Shown here: one piece after another, positions 29,727 through 43,100 of the stretch
Position numbering within the stretch: the first letter of the stretch is position 1
Layout: the number at the start of each line of letters is the position of its first letter
DNA from: the human T2T-CHM13v2.0 reference genome, Homo sapiens
Reading direction: 5' to 3' (one strand)
DNA: 64,000 nucleotides
NCBI RefSeq assembly: GCF_009914755.1
Contig: NC_060947.1
The notes under the pieces: generated by a model
The model's database searches: none
Seen by the model: the letters and a program-made list of their open reading frames with translations, nothing else
What the model was told of the DNA's origin: nothing
Made by a program: the position numbers and the translations under genes

Positions 29727-32700
29727 GAGTTTGGTATCCAGAGTGCTTCTAGAAGAATAGAATATCAAAGATGTTATTTCTGAATTGATTATGTGTTTTC
29801 TGGAACTGGTTCTGTAATTTGTTTATATTTCAAACACTAATGACTATTTCCAGTAATAAAGATATAACTGTAAGTCCATGGTATGATTTGGAATTAGATA
29901 TATTCAAAATATCATGTTTGGATAGTCATAATCAAATATATAGAAAGCAAGGTTTGAGTGAAGATGTATATGATACCTTTGAAACATTTTTGTCAAACTA
30001 ATGAGTATAATGAGATTGGCTGGTAGCTCTTAATGTCACTGTAAAATGTGAGGATAAAAAAGAATGAGTTCAGGAATTTGAATTTCTAGCTTAAGCATAA
30101 CATAAATAGCCTAAAAGCTTCTATATGTGCCCTGAAGGAGATCTTCATTTCCTTGGCTGCAGGGCTGAGATTATTAATAATCAAAATCAGAATCTCATCT
30201 TGCTACTTGCTGAATTATACTGGAAGTTTAACTCCTGGCCTTGCAAGATAGCTACTGTTAAAGTGAAGACATTAATTGAGAAAGAATAGGATTCTAAAAG
30301 TTGGATTCAAGACCTGTGAAAAGACCCTGATGAAACTGAAGACATTAAACTCCTAAACTCTGATGAGTTTACTATGCAAATAGAAGAGGTCTTTCATCTC
30401 CAGTGGAAGCTGTCACTGACCGTCAGAGAAAGGAAGTGACCTCTCCACTTGTGCCCTCCTCATCTGAAGAGATTCACCCTGCATTGGCTGAGAAAATGGT
30501 AATGGGCAGTTTCCATGTAAGACAATATTAAGTCTTCTCAGTAACCACCCTCATCACCCTATCTACTTTTAGACCTATACCTTGGCTCAAGTCTTATAAG
30601 AACAAACTGTGAACCATAAGGAGGTGTGCTACATTGCAAAAGAACAAATAGAGTTTTCCAATTTATATAGACAGAAATCTGAGAAACGTGATAGGGTCAG
30701 TATCAAGGATGTAGAGAAACGGTGAAAGGAACGTAAAGTGGGAATAAATATGCATTTCATCATGACTGTGAGAAATACATTTCTGAGGGGAGCCCTAGGA
30801 TCCCTGAAGAGCTCTATAATCACTCTTTTCTCTAGGACAGATGTTTCAGTGGGACTGTACTCACTGAACTGGGAAAACTAAATGCAATAGCAGAAATTGG
30901 ATTCCAGGGTGGCAGAGGCCAAGTGATTGTACACAACTATCAAAAATAAGGTTGGTTTGTTACAATAATGGGCAACAGAATCAAAGCAACAATCAGAATA
31001 GTCTAACTATTCTGCACACCTATGGTGTTGCCTAGTTGATAAATGATATACCTGGAAGTAAAGTAGATAAGAAGCCTATTAAATTCTTGCTTGATCTGTA
31101 TAAGCAAAAAAATGCCCTAGATCAAGTGAAGAAAAGTCTAACTTGAATTATAAAAAAGCAGAGTGAAGACCTTTCAATCAATTCCCAGACTTGAGGAGCC
31201 GGTTTACAGATCCAGAACCCCTTGAATGAAGAGGAGACTGGGTCCTAGTGAAGAAGGACTCTGGTACAATGCTAAAAATCATATTATTAATATTTCTCCC
31301 AGCCTTCTCCAAAGGGATCTATGGTCTTTTATAACGCTAACTGTACATTGTGGGGAAAAAATCAGATATTTCAGGGAATATTGGATACTGGCTCTGAACT
31401 GACATTAATTTTAGATGACCCAAAACTGTGCCCTACCAGTCAGAGTAGGGGCTTATGAAAATAAGGTGATCAGTGGAGTTTGAGCCCAGGTCCATCTCAT
31501 AGTAGGCCCACTCAGTCTTCCAACTCATCCTGTGGTTTCTGCCTCCAGTTCTAGAATGGATAACTGGAATAGATACAGTAACTGGCAGATTCTTCAAATT
31601 GGTTCCCTGACCTGTGGAGTGAGGTTTATTATGGTGGATAAAACCAAATGGAATTTACTTAGAAATGCCTCTACCCAGGAAAATAGTAAACCAAAAGCAA
31701 AACCATATTTTTGAAAAGACTACAGAGATTATTGCCACCATCGGGTGACTTGAAAGATGCAGGTTTGGTGATTCCCACTACATCTCCATTTAACTAACTT
31801 ATTTTACCTGTGTAGAGGACAATTGGATATTGGATAATGACAGTAAATTATGGCAAGTTTAACCAGGTGGTCATTCTAATTGCAGCTACTGTATCACATG
31901 TGGTTTCATTGCTTTGTGCAAATTAACACAAACCCAGGTACCTGATATGCAGCTATTAATCTGAAAAAAAATTTTTTTTATATCTGTCAATAAGGACAAT
32001 GAGAAGCAGTTTCATTTCAGCCTGCTCGCCCAGCAATACACCTTAACTGTCCTACCTCAGGGGTATATCAACTCTCTAGCCCTATGTAATAATTTAGTTT
32101 GCAGGGATCTTGATCACCCTTTTTCCCCCCACAAAATATCACACTACTGCATTGTATTGATGGAGTCAGGCTGATTGAAACTAGTGAGTAAGAAGTAGCA
32201 ACTAGTCTAGACTTATTGCTAAAATATTTGTGTGTCAGAGGGTGAGAAATATATTTGACAAAAATTTGGCGGACTTGTATCTCAGTTGTAATTTTAGGTG
32301 TGCAATGGCGTGGGGCATGATAAGAAATGTTTTCTAAGTTAAAGGATACATTGCTGCATCTGGCCATTCCTACAACCAAAAAGATGCACAGATCCCAGTG
32401 ATTTGGGGGGCAACATATTAATCATTTGAGTGTGTTACTCTGACCCATTTATTGAGTGACTTGAGAAGCTACTAGTTTTGAGTGGAGGGCAGAAAAAGAG
32501 AAGGCTGTGGAACAGGTCTGGACTACTGTGCCGGCTGCTGTTCCATTTGGACCATATAATCCAGTGGATTCAGTTTTAAAGTGTCAGTGGCAGATAGAGA
32601 TGCTGTTTGGTGCCTTTGGCAGGCCACTTATAGGTGAGTCACAGCCCTTAAGATTGTGGAACAAGAATCTGTCATCTTCTGTGGATAGCAACTCTCCTTT

Positions 32701-32811
32701 TGAGAAACAGACATTGCCTGCTGCTAATAGAGACTGAATACTTAATCACGGGCCACCATGTTACCAAGAGACCTGAGCTTTCCATTGTGAAACGGATGTG
32801 ATCTTACCCAC

Positions 32812-33198
32812 TGCCTTAGTTTCTTCCTGCTGCTCTAGTAAAATACCTTAGATCGTGTAACTTATAAACAACAAAAAAGTATTTCTCACAGTTCTGGAGG
32901 CCAGTAAATCCAAGATCGAAACAGGGAAATTTAGTGTCTGGTGAAGTCTCACTCTTTGTTTCCAAGATGGTGCCTTTGTTTTTGCATCACCACATGGTAG
33001 AAGGTGAAAGGGCAAAAAAGATGATAAAGCCTGGTAGCTCTTTGAAGTTTCTTTATAAAAGCATTCATAGCATTCACAAGGGTAGAATCCTCGTTACTTA
33101 ATCACTTGCCGAAATGCTCCACCTCTTAGTACCGTTCTATTGGAGTTTAAATGCTAACATTTGAGTTTTGGAGGGACACATAAATTCAAACCATAGCA
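32812..33198 (-). mobile_element. MaLR solo LTR (MSTC/D or MLT1A-like)
   Basis: TG...CAAACCATAGCA; 5-bp TSD CCCAC/CCCAT. Confidence 0.85.
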
Positions 33199-34352
33199 CC
33201 CATAACACCATAAAGTTGGGAATGCACAGCAGCATTCCTTCATTAAACAAAAATTACATATATGAGATTGAACTTCAACGGGCCCCAAAGGCACAATTAA
33301 GTTACTTGAATGAGTGGTCTAATTGTTAATTTTCTCCATTTCTGTCACACTACCTTCTCTCTCCCAGCCTGCACTTATGGCCTAATGAAAGGTTCCCTAA
33401 GATCAGTTGACAGAGGAAGAGAATACTTGAGCCTGATTTAAAAATGGTTTCACATGATATCCAGGCACCAAAGTGGATGGCTGTGGTACTATAGCCTCTT
33501 TCTGGGACACCCCTGAACAACCTTGGTAAAGAAAAATTCTCCCAGTAGACATAACTTCAAGAAGTGCACCTGATTGTTCATTTTACTTCAAGGAAAAAAT
33601 GGCCAAACATGCAATTATATACTAATTCATGGGCTGTGGCTGAGTTTAGCTGGACAGTCAGGGACTTGCAAGAAACATGATTGAGAAATTGCTGACAAAT
33701 AAATTTGGGAAAGATGCATATGAATAGATCTCTCTGAATGGGCAAAAAAACCAAACATATTTGAATCCCATGTGCATGTTCACCAAAAATGACATCAGCA
33801 GAAGATTTTATAAACCAAGTGGATAACAAGACTAATTCTGTAGATACCAGCCAAACTCTTCCCTCAGCCACCCCTGTCATTACCCAATGGGCTCATAAAC
33901 AAAGTGACCATTGTGGCAGAGATGGGGATTATGCATTGTGTCAACCACAAGGACTTCCACTCACCAAGGCCAACCTGCTTAATGGCACCACTGGTTATCC
34001 AATCTGCCAGGATCAGAGACCAACATTAATTCCATAATATGACACCATTACCTATGGTGATCAGCCAAATGCCTGATATTAAGTTGAATACGTTGAACCA
34101 CTTTCATCATTGAAGGGGCAACACATGTTTTGTTCTTACTGGAATAGAAATTTACCTTGAATAAAAATGTGTATTCTCTGCATACAACACTTCTGACAAA
34201 GCTACCATCTGTAGACTTACAAAATCCCTTATCCACTGTTATAGTATTACACACAGATCTGCTTCTGATAAAGGAACTCACTTCACAACAAATAAAGCAT
34301 GACAATGGGCCCATGCTTTTGGCAGTCACTAGTGTTTGACCATGTTTCCCAC

Positions 34353-34755
34353 TGTATTAGTATTAGTCCATTATCACACTGTGATAAAGAACTACCTGAG
34401 ACTGGGTAATTTATGAAGAAAAGAGATTTAATTGACTCACAGTTCTGCAGGCTTAACAGGAATCATGACTTGGAGACCTCAAGAAACTTACAATCATGGC
34501 AGAAAGTGAAGGGGAAGCAAACACATCTTACTATGGTGGAGCAAGGGAGAGAGAGAGAGAGAGAGAGAGAAGGCAAGTGCCACACACTTTCAAACAACCA
34601 GATCTTGTGATAATAACTCATTCATTATCACAAGAACAGGAAGGGGAAAGTCTGCCCCCATGATTCAATCACCTCCCACCTGGCCCCTCCCCCAACATAT
34701 GGGGGTTACAATCCAAGATGAAATTTGGGTGGGGACACAGAGCCAAACAATATCA
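34353..34755 (-). mobile_element. MaLR solo LTR (THE1D/MSTA-like)
   Basis: TGTATTAGT..ACCTGAGACTGGGTAATTTAT...GGGGACACAGAGCCAAACAATATCA; TSD CCCAC/CCCAT. Confidence 0.9.
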
Positions 34756-34962
34756 CCCATAATTCTGAATCAGCTGGCTTGACATAATAATTAAATGACC
34801 TTTTAAAGATGGTTACAATGCCAGATAGGTGGGCTGGGGCAAGGTTGTTTAGGAGGCTGTGTATGCTTTGAATTATTATCCAGTGTGTGGTGCTATTTCC
34901 CCTATAGACAGAATTCATAGGTGCAGGAATCAAGAGGTAGAAATGGGAATAGTAGCACTCAC

Positions 34963-35376
34963 TAGTCTGTTCTTGCATTGCTCTAAATAAATACCTGAGT
35001 CTGGGTAACTTATAAAGAAAAGAGGTTTAACTGGCTCACAGTTCTGTAGACTGTACAGGAAGCATGATACTGGCAGCTGCTTAGCTTCTGAGAAGGCCTC
35101 AGAAAACTTACAATTATGGCAGAAGTGAAGCAGGAGCAGGAGGTGAAGGTGAGAACTGGAGCAAGAGAGAGAGGGGGCAGGTACTACACACTTTTTAAGG
35201 ACCAGATATCACAAAAATTTACTCACTATTATGACGACAGAACCAAAGGGAATGGTGCTAAACCATTGATGAGAAATCTGCTCCCATGATCAAATCACCT
35301 CCCACCAGGCCTCACCTCCAATATGGGGATTACATTTCAATGAGATTTGAGCAAGGAACACATCCAAACAATATTA
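34963..35376 (-). mobile_element. MSTA-like MaLR LTR
   Basis: CTGTACAGGAAGCATGAT, GGTGCTAAACCATT and CATCCAAACAATAT motifs. Confidence 0.88.
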
Positions 35377-35461
35377 TGACCCATTAGCAAAATGTTTGCT
35401 TCCTACTTCCTGGACTTTATGGTTTGCTGACCTAGAAGTCTTAGTACCAAAAGGAAACTTA

Positions 35462-35603
35462 CATGATTGTAAGTTTCCTGAGACCTCTCCAGAAGCTGAG
35501 TAGATAGCAGCATCATGCTTCTTGTACAGTATACAAAACTGTGAACTAAATGTCTTTTTTCTTTATAAGTAACCCAGTATCAGGTATTTCTTCATAGCAA
35601 TGC
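35462..35603 (+). mobile_element. MSTA-like LTR internal fragment, opposite orientation
   Basis: CATGATTGTAAGTTTCCTGAG...CAGGTATTTCTTCATAGCAATGC. Confidence 0.85.
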
Positions 35604-36237
35604 TTCCAAAAGGATACACAATAATAATTCTATTAAACTATAAATTAAGATTGCCACCTGGCCACATTAGCCTCCTCATGCCTTTGAATTAACAAGGAAA
35701 GAAGAGAATTACTGTGCTGGCTGGGGTGATTGATACTAATAAGAAGGGATTGCACTGTCTCTGCACAATGAAGTTAAGAAAGAATGTGTATAAAATACAA
35801 AATAACTTTTAGGGTGACTTTTAATATTAACATGCTCTGTGATTATAATCAATGGAGTACCACAATAACCCAATTCAAGTAGAACTAGTAATGGCCAAGA
35901 CTCTTCAGTAATAAAAGTTTGGGTCATCCCACCGGGTAATGAACCAGGATTAGCTGAGGTGCTTGCTGAAGGAAAGGGGAATTCAGATTGGGTAGTGGAA
36001 GAAATTAGCTATAAATCCAGTTACAACCATGTGATAAGTTACAGAAGTAAGAATTCATATTGTCATGGTATTTCCTTATTTTGTTATGACTATTTTTGTA
36101 TATATATATATATGCATATTTGCTTGTAGATATATATATATATTAATCAAATGCTTTTTGTTTTCTTTCCTCTCCTATTCCCTATTCCATAATATTCATT
36201 GACTTTATCTTATCCTATTTGAATACTATTAATTTTA

Positions 36238-38244
36238 GCTTTTACTTTTTGTTCTTTTATAATTTTAACTTATATTTTACATTCAAGGGTTTCATAAGCA
36301 GGTTTGCTGCATGGGTATATTGTGTGATGCTGAGGTCTGGGCTACAAAGGATTCCATTACCCAGGTAATGAGCATGGTACTCAATAGGTAGTTTTTCATC
36401 TCTTGGTTTCCCTCCCTCTCTCCTCCATCTAGTAGTCTCCAGTGTCTACTGCTCCCATCTTTATTTCCATGTGTACCCAGTGCTTAGCTCCCACTTATAA
36501 GTGAAAACATATGGTATTTATTTTTCTGTTTCTGTGTTAACATACATAGAATAATGGCCCCCAGCTGCTTCCATGTTGCTGCAAAGAACATTATTTTGTT
36601 CTTTTTTATGGCTGCATAATATTCCATATTGTATATTACCTTACCATATTTTTTAGTACAATTTACCACTGATGGACACCTGGGTTATTCCAAGTCTTTG
36701 CTATTGAGAACAGCACTGCAATAAAGATATGAGTGCATGTGCCTTTTTGGTACAATGGTTTATTTTCCTTTGAATATATACCCAGTAATGGGATTGCTGG
36801 GTTGAATACTAGCTCTGTTTTTAGTTATTTGAAAAACTGTCAAACTGCTTTCCATTGTGGCTGATCTAATTTACATTCCCACCAACAGTGTTAAGCACTC
36901 CCTTCTCTCCACAGCCATGCCAGCATTTGTTATTTTTTGACTTTTTAGTAATAATAATCCTAACTGGTGTGAGATGGTATCTAATTGTGGTCTTGATTTG
37001 CATTTCTCCGATGATTAGTGATATGAAGCTATTTTTCATACATTTGCTGGCCACTTATATGTCTTCTTTTGAGAAGTGTCTCCATGTCTTTTGCCCACTT
37101 TTTGATTGGGTATTTGTTTTTAGCTTGTTGAATTAAGTTTCTTATAAATTCTGGATATTAGAACTTTGTTAGATGCATACTTTGCAAATGTTTTTTCTCA
37201 CTCTGTAAGTTATCTGTTTACTCTGTTGATAATTTCTTTTGCTGTGCTGAAACTCTTTAGCTCAATTAGCTCTTATTGTCAATTTTTGTTTTTGTTGCAA
37301 TTGTTTTTGAGGACTTGGCAAAAAATTCTTTCCCAAGGGTGATGTCCAGATTAGTATTTCCCAGCTTTTCTTCTAGAACTTTTACAGTTTTAGGTCTTAT
37401 ATTTAAATCTTTAATCAATCTTGAGTTAATTTTTTTATATGTAAAATGTAGGGGTCCTGTTTTATTATTTTGAATATGGCTAGCCAGCTATCTCGGCATC
37501 ATTTATTGGATAGAAAGTCCTTTCTCCATTGCTTATTTTTGTTGACTTTGTCAAAGATCAGATGGTTGTTGGTGTAGAGCTTTCTTTCTGGGTTCTTAAT
37601 TCTATTCCATCGGTTCTATGTATCTGTTTTTGTACCATTACTTTGCTGTTTTGGTTACTGTAGCCTTATAGTATAGTTTGAAGTTGGGTAATGTGATGCA
37701 TCTGACTTTGTTATTTTTGCTTAGTGTTGCCATGGCTCTTTGGCCTCTTTTTTGGTTTTATATAAATTTTAGAACAGTTTTTTCTAGTTCTGTGAAAAAT
37801 GACATTGATAGTTTGATAGCAATGGTGTTGAAACTGTAGATTTTGAGGGTAGGCAGTATGGTCATGTTAACAGTGTTGACTCTTCCAATTCATGAGCATG
37901 GAATGTTTTCCATTTGTTTCTGTAATTTATTATTTCTTTCAGCAGTGTTCTGTAGTTTACCTTGTAGAGCTGTTTCACCTCTTTGGTTAGATGCATTCCT
38001 AGGTATTTTAATTTTTTCTGCCCATTGTAAATGGGATTATGTTAGTGATTTGCTCTTAGCCTAAATGGTATTGGTGTATAGAAATGCTACTGATTTTTGT
38101 AAATTGATTTTGTATTCTGAAACCTTACTGAGGTCATTTATCAGTTTTAGGAGACTTTTGGCAGTCTTTAGGGTTTTCTAGATATATAATCGTATTATCA
38201 GCAAAGAGAGATAATTTGACTCCGGCTTTTCCTATTTGGATGTC
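36238..38244 (-). mobile_element. L1PA15/16-like, 5' truncated (2 kb)
   Basis: ORF2 C-terminal fragments at 36484-36669 and 36866-37054. TSD TACTATTAATTTTA (36224-36237) / TATTGTTAATTTTA (38245-38258). Confidence 0.88.
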
Positions 38245-38474
38245 TATTGTTAATTTTAAATTATATTATTTAAATTACAGGTTATCAAAGAAAAGAGTAA
38301 CCTTTACTCAGAGATTTATTGTCTTTTCTCAGGAAGGACTTAGTGCATTTTTGTTTGTATACAGGATAGTTTTGTCATGTTAGGTGAAATGATAACCTTG
38401 TTATTTTCTTTATTTGGATATTAAATGTGATTTATGGAGTTATCTATGGGTGTCAAGTTGACCAGGGATGAACT

Positions 38475-38948
38475 TGTGATGGTTAGTTTTATGTGTCAAT
38501 TTGACTGTGCCATGGGTGCCCAGACATTTGGTCAAATATTATTATGTGTGTGTCCATGAAGAAATTTCTGAATGAGATTAAGACTTAAATCAGTAAGCAT
38601 AGTAAAGCAAATTGCCTTCGCTAATACATGTAAACCTCATCTAATCAGTTGAATGTCTAAATAAAACAAAAAGATTGACAATCTGGGGGGTATTAGGGAG
38701 CTCCTTCTGCCTTATTATCTTTAGTTAGGACATCTGTTTTGTTTTGTTTGCTGCCTTTAACTCAAACTGAAACACTGGCTCTTCCTCAGTCAATCCAGTT
38801 GATATTCAGAGTGGAATTGTACCATTGGTTCTCCTGATTCTCAGGCCTTCAGACATGGAATGAAAGTACACCATTACTTCTCCTGCATCTTTAGACTGCA
38901 GATCTTGGGACTTGTTAGCATCAATAATCACATGAGCCAATTCCATTA

Positions 38949-38986
<38 letters not shown>

Positions 38987-39035
38987 CATATAATCTTGTA
39001 TTGTTATATTCCTCTGGAGAATTCTGACTAATACA
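38475..39035 (+). mobile_element. 3' LTR (MLT2B/D-like)
   Basis: TGTGATGGTTAGTTTTATGTGTCAA ... CTGACTAATACA, preceded by the ERV-L end CAAGTTGACCAGGGATGAACT. Confidence 0.9.
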
Positions 39036-39789
39036 CCCTAATTGGGTTTACACCTCAATGGAGCTATGTAAAGGTTAAATGAACGATGTTTTTAGAGTAC
39101 TCAGCATATGATGAGCACACTGTTATTATGATTACTATCTAGAGTGAATATCTTATAACTGCATAGAATTTTCCACTGCACGAGAATGTCTTCCCAGTAA
39201 TACAACATATAGAAAAGTTAAATTACCCTTGAAACCATATTTTAAATACCTGTAGTCCAAGATCAGCATGATATAACTGTACTCACACTGTTAATTCTTT
39301 AAAAAATTTACCTTTCTTTTAAAAAAGATAAACCGTACACTTTTTTTACTATCTTTGCAAGTATTTGTATCCCACACAACATGCAGTCTGCTTTCCAGAA
39401 ATGTAGACATCCTTTCTGACAATTTAAATGACTATTTCATGTGCTTACTTCAATGTTTATGTTTCATTATCTAAACATATTGTACACCACATAATTCAAT
39501 TCTCATTTTATGGAGTTAAGAGGAAGGACCTCCAAATCACTCATTGAAAATTTAGATAAGGAGTTGCATTAGCTTAAAAAAAGTTACTAAATGCCCTTCC
39601 CTTCATATCTGAACACCATATACATAACATTGAATTTTCTTTTGTGAATAGCATATGCAATCTTCTTTAAATCTCATGGCTTCACCATAAGTATCATGTT
39701 TAATGATGTGTTAATTTATTCATAGAATTAGTTAAGCTTGCTAAAAGTTTAAAATATTTTCTATCATACTCATATAAACATGTCAATAG

Positions 39790-40115
39790 ACTTAGAAAGT
39801 ATTTCTGACAAAATTCAGCACCCTTCCGTGTAAAAAACTCTCATCAACCTAGGAACAGAAGCAAATTACCCAAACATAATGAAGTTCATATATGAAAAGT
39901 TCACAGCTAGCATCATACTCAACGTTGAAAAACTAGAAGCTTTTCCTTTGAGATCAGGTACATGGCAAGGATGCCCACTCTCTCCACTTCCATTCACCAT
40001 CATACTGGAAGTTTCTGATGGAGCAATTAGGTAAGAACAAGAATTAAGAAGCACCCAAATTGAAAAAGAAAAGAGAAAAGTCAAAATGCATATATCATGA
40101 TTATATATATGTGTA

Positions 40116-40158
<43 letters not shown>

Positions 40159-40199
40159 CTAAGAATTCTGTAAAATAACTATTAGAACAAAAAAAATAG
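39790..40199 (+). mobile_element. Old L1 ORF2 (RT) fragment, probably the 5' part of the L1MB1-like element at 45049
   Basis: AGATCAGGTACATGGCAAGGATGCCCACTCTCT (QGCPLS); microsatellite at 40103-40158. Confidence 0.75.
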
Positions 40200-43100
40200 G
40201 GAGGAGGTGAAGCAAGGTGGTGGAATAGAAGGCTCCACTTACTGTCCCCACCAGCGAAGACTCCAATTCACCAATTATCTACACAAGAAAAGTACATTCA
40301 TAAGAAACAAATATCAGGTGAGCACTCACAGTACCTGGTTTTAACTTCATATCACTGAAAGAGACACTGAAGAGGTAGGAAAAACAGTCTTGAATCACTG
40401 ACGCCACCCTTTCCCCACTCCCCTGCATCTGTAGTTTGATGCGGAGAGCGTTTCTGTGCACTGGGCGAGGGAAAGAGTAATAATTGTGAGACATTGTACT
40501 CGATGATGCCGTTAGGGCAGAAAGAAAAAGTGGACTAAATTCAGTTGACATCTGCCCACGGAAGGAGCATTTGAAATAGCCCTAGCCAGAGGGGAATCTG
40601 ATACTAGCAGTCAGAACTTGAGTTTCCACAAACCTCACCACCACAGGCTAAAATTCTCTCAAAGTTTCTAAATAAAATTGAAAGGAAGTCTTAGGCTACG
40701 AGACCTGCAACTTTTAGGTGATTCCTAGAGCTGCACTGGGCCCATAGCTAGTGGACTGTAGGGGCATGTGACCTACTGAGACACAAGCTGGGGTGGTTAA
40801 GGGAGTGCTGGCATCACCCCTCCCCTAACCCCAGGCTGCATAGGTTGTGGGTCCAAAAGAGACCTTTTCCTTTCACTTGAGGAGAAGAGAGGGAAGAGTG
40901 TGGAGGACTTTGTCTTGCATCTTGAATCTTGCATCCTGGATACTAGGGCATCAGTCAGAGTTGTGAGGACCTCTTTCCAGAAACTAGCTCCTGGATGACA
41001 TTTCTAGATGTGTGCTGAGCCAGAAGGGAAACTTCTGCCTTGAGTGGAAGAAATCAGTCCTGGTACAATTCATCACCTGATAAATAAAGAGCCCTTAGGC
41101 TCTGAATAACTAGCAGTGATACCCAGGTATTATGTCAAGGGCCTTGGATGAAGCTCTGATTGCTGGTTTAAGGTGAGATTCAGCACATTCACAGCAGTGG
41201 TGGCTATGAGGTAAGACTCTTGCTTGAGCAAAGCAGAGGGAAAAGTGAAGGGGACTTTGTCTTGCACCTTAACTATCAGCTTGGCCACAGTGCGGGTAAA
41301 GCATGAAGTGGAATCTTGGGGTGCCTGAACCAGAACTTAGCTGCCCACTGTTGCAGCCTTACCAATGCACCACAATGTTTCAATTTTGTTGTTTGAAGTT
41401 GGACTCGGAGCTCTTTTTGTCACAACCAAGAAAATTAAGGGCATTGACCCAGGGGTGAGGTTGGAACGAAAGTTTAATAAGCAAAAGGAGAAACCTCTTC
41501 ACAGCCAAGAGAGGCCCAGAAAGAAGGTTGCCATTCTTCAGTTGAATACAGGCTTTTTTAAACAGATTAGTAGGGAGGGATGTTTCATTTACATATGGTG
41601 TAAAAAACCAGTTAGGACTAGGTATTTCATTTGCATAAGGCACAAATTCCTGACAGCTCCACCCTGTCGTTTTAGTGTGCATGCATATTCTTAGCGTAAG
41701 TTACACCATGTTGTTTAATTTCCCTTACTGTGCATGTATTAGGGGGCAGAATTCTCCGTTGAGGATGTGCCTGGTTATGTGTAATTCCCCTTATCTGTGC
41801 AGCTGTAGACACATTTCAAGTAAGCGGCCCCACCCCCACAAGCTCCCTTATCTGAGTATGTGCAAAAAAGAAAAAGGATGTGTTCACTGAAGCCTACCAT
41901 ACATATGTGACCCTTATTAGTTACACATAAGGCATTTTTATGGTGGTCTTTGCCCCCTTATCTTTCCTTGCAGCTTGATCTTTCAAGCTGTTCCTTTGTT
42001 AGAAAAAGGAATTCCTCTGAGGACTTTTCCTAGCTATCTGCCTAATTCTTTTCTCTCTCTTCTCTCACCACTACCCTGAAGGGTGAGTTCCAGGCCAGGC
42101 AGCATTCACCGAATGTTGACTAAAGATCTTTGGTCCTTAAGGGAATGTTACCAGTATCTGGCAGTATTCCTCATGGCCTATGGTGGTGGTGGTCATGGCA
42201 TAAAGATCCTTTGCCTTTGGAAAGGTGAGGGAAAAATAGAAAGGCCTATGTCTTGTGGTTTGAGTGCCATCTCAGCCTCAGTACATTAAAACGCCAGGTA
42301 GATGTCTAAGGTTGTTGACTGTAGATGTTGGCTCTTAGATGGTACCTCTGGACTTGTTTGGGGACTAGGAAAACTCACTGCCCTGAAGGGAAAGACACAG
42401 ACATGGCTGTGTTTGTCACCTGTTGATTATAGATCCCCAGGGCCTTGAGTGAACATAGGTGGTAACCAGGGAGTGATTACAGCAAGTCTTGGGCAAAACC
42501 CAGTGCTGAGCTGGCTACAGGTCTAACCCACACTGTCTTTGTGGTGGTGGCCACAGGGCAGCCTGTGTCTTTCCACCCCAAGTGTCAGGTGGCTCAGAAT
42601 AGAGACAGAGAATCTGTTTAGGAAAAGGTAAGGAAAGAAAATAAGATTCTCTGCCTGGTAATTCAGAATATTCTTCCAGATCTTGTCCAGATATTATATA
42701 GTGATATTGCTATATTGATATATTACTATATAATGATAAAGGGATCACTTCAACATGACAATATAACAATTTTAACTATATATGCACCTGATGCTACAGC
42801 AACAAGATATAAAGCAAATGTTATTAGAGCTAAAGAGAGAAGCAGGCCCCAGTACAATAATAGCTGGAGGCTTCAACATCCCACTTTCAGCATTGGACAG
42901 ATCTTCCAGACAGAAAATCCATAAAGAAACATTGGACTTAATCTGCACCATAGACCAAATGGACTTAATAGATATTTACAGAATATTTCATCCAAGAGTT
43001 GAAGAATACACATTCTTTTCCTCAGCACACGGATCATTCTGAAGGATAGACCGTATGTTAGGTCACAAAACAAGTGTTAAAACAGTCAAAAAAGTGAAAA

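Larger units (their letters stand above)
31378..35900 (+). pseudogene. ERV-L protease/RT/RNase H/integrase/dUTPase remnants
   Basis: ILDTGSELTLI (31378-31410). HCIDG in place of HYIDD (32150-32164). Integrase HHCC remnant WAHKQSDHCGRDG..PIC (33789-34037). dUTPase ITVLAGVIDT (35708-35737). Confidence 0.85.
29179..39035 (+). mobile_element. Full-length decayed ERV-L provirus (MLT2 LTRs plus internal region)
   Basis: Two homologous LTRs, PBS-like GAGTTTGGTATCCAGAGTG at 29727, gag-pro-pol-dUTPase remnants, no env. (A)CCCT repeated at both flanks. Confidence 0.9.
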
